From Phoronis australis (lineage: Eukaryota > Animalia > Phoronida), in assembly GCA_002633005.1 (NCBI GenBank), contig NMRA01000278.1, forward strand, positions 58,843-108,443: a stretch of DNA of 49,601 nucleotides, given 5' to 3'. A program made the translations under genes and the position numbers. Under the pieces are notes generated by a model. That model had not been told where the DNA came from. It worked only from the letters and a program-made list of their open reading frames with translations, and ran no database searches. This document shows positions 49,105 through 49,601 of this stretch, piece by piece; the stretch's first letter is position 1; every line of letters starts with the position of its first letter.

Positions 49105-49392
49105 GCCTAACATTTTTATAAGATATAACAAGTTGTTACATTATATGGAGTTGTTACAATTAACGTCAAATGCACATGCAAGAATTGTACCGTGGTTACA
49201 TTTTACGAAAGCGACGTCATATTTCATGAGTTTGCATGGCATTTGTCACACGGAGGTTCACACACTGAAATTCTGTCACATGCGTCAGCTCAAATTTATA
49301 GATGTGTCCCTATGATTTTTAACAAAGATAATATAGTCAAACGTGTACCCAGTGCAGTTTCAGCTCCAGAAGAAAGGAGTTTCCAGGGTCAC
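49105..49392 (+). repeat. Dispersed repeat (TGTTACATTTTACG family), copy C
   Basis: Inverted homolog of 28470-28865. Confidence 0.85.
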
Positions 49393-49601
49393 GTATGAAG
49401 TCTGTTATTATTAAAGCGTTCTTGTTGGCGGTCACAGGTCAAAAACAAGTTTTGTATCCGGCATTTCAGTAAACACACTTCCCTTGGTAAGCTCAACAGA
49501 AATAATAACGTACTTATATATGTTATATAACGTACATGGTGAAAATTGAGGTTTATTATACAGAGGTACGTGACATTCAAGCCGATTTAAAGGAGGGCGA
49601 A

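Overview
This is eukaryotic, intron-rich animal DNA, probably from a marine invertebrate. The lophotrochozoan-like astacin prodomain suggests that, but the taxon is an inference. The ORF track is almost all noise. Reading the minus strand by splice sites reconstructs one large gene across about 41.7 kb to 3.25 kb: a secreted astacin (M12A) zinc metalloprotease. It has a probable signal exon, a prodomain (SMDRLI / ELDMKLT), an RRRLKR furin-type site, an intact HELGHAMGLHHE + SVMHY catalytic domain, one EGF-like module and at least nine ShK (ShKT) domains on phase-1/phase-1 exons. No stop codon is reached before a transposon end at about 3.1 kb. The terminal ShK exon of a second gene on the same strand lies at 48.0-48.2 kb. 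The introns hold many transposon relics: three solo LTRs with TGTCA..TGACA ends and 5-bp TSDs (one split by a 5-kb TIR element), a decayed Gypsy pol, a Kolobok-like THAP element, an 8-bp-TSD element, Academ-like and Penelope-like fragments, MITEs and a palindromic satellite. I find no CRISPR array, rRNA or functional tRNA, and I cannot demonstrate a wholly new system. The best leads are inside the ShK array: a compact toxin-like domain with a basic-aromatic dyad at the ShK Lys22-Tyr23 position, reciprocal Cys loss and gain in adjacent domains, a competing-acceptor frame switch giving 6 versus 9+ ShK domains, and an intronic tandem copy of an exon end that preserves a lost Cys codon. All coordinates were counted by hand. 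Exon boundaries were checked for length and phase, and repeat boundaries without a TSD are approximate.
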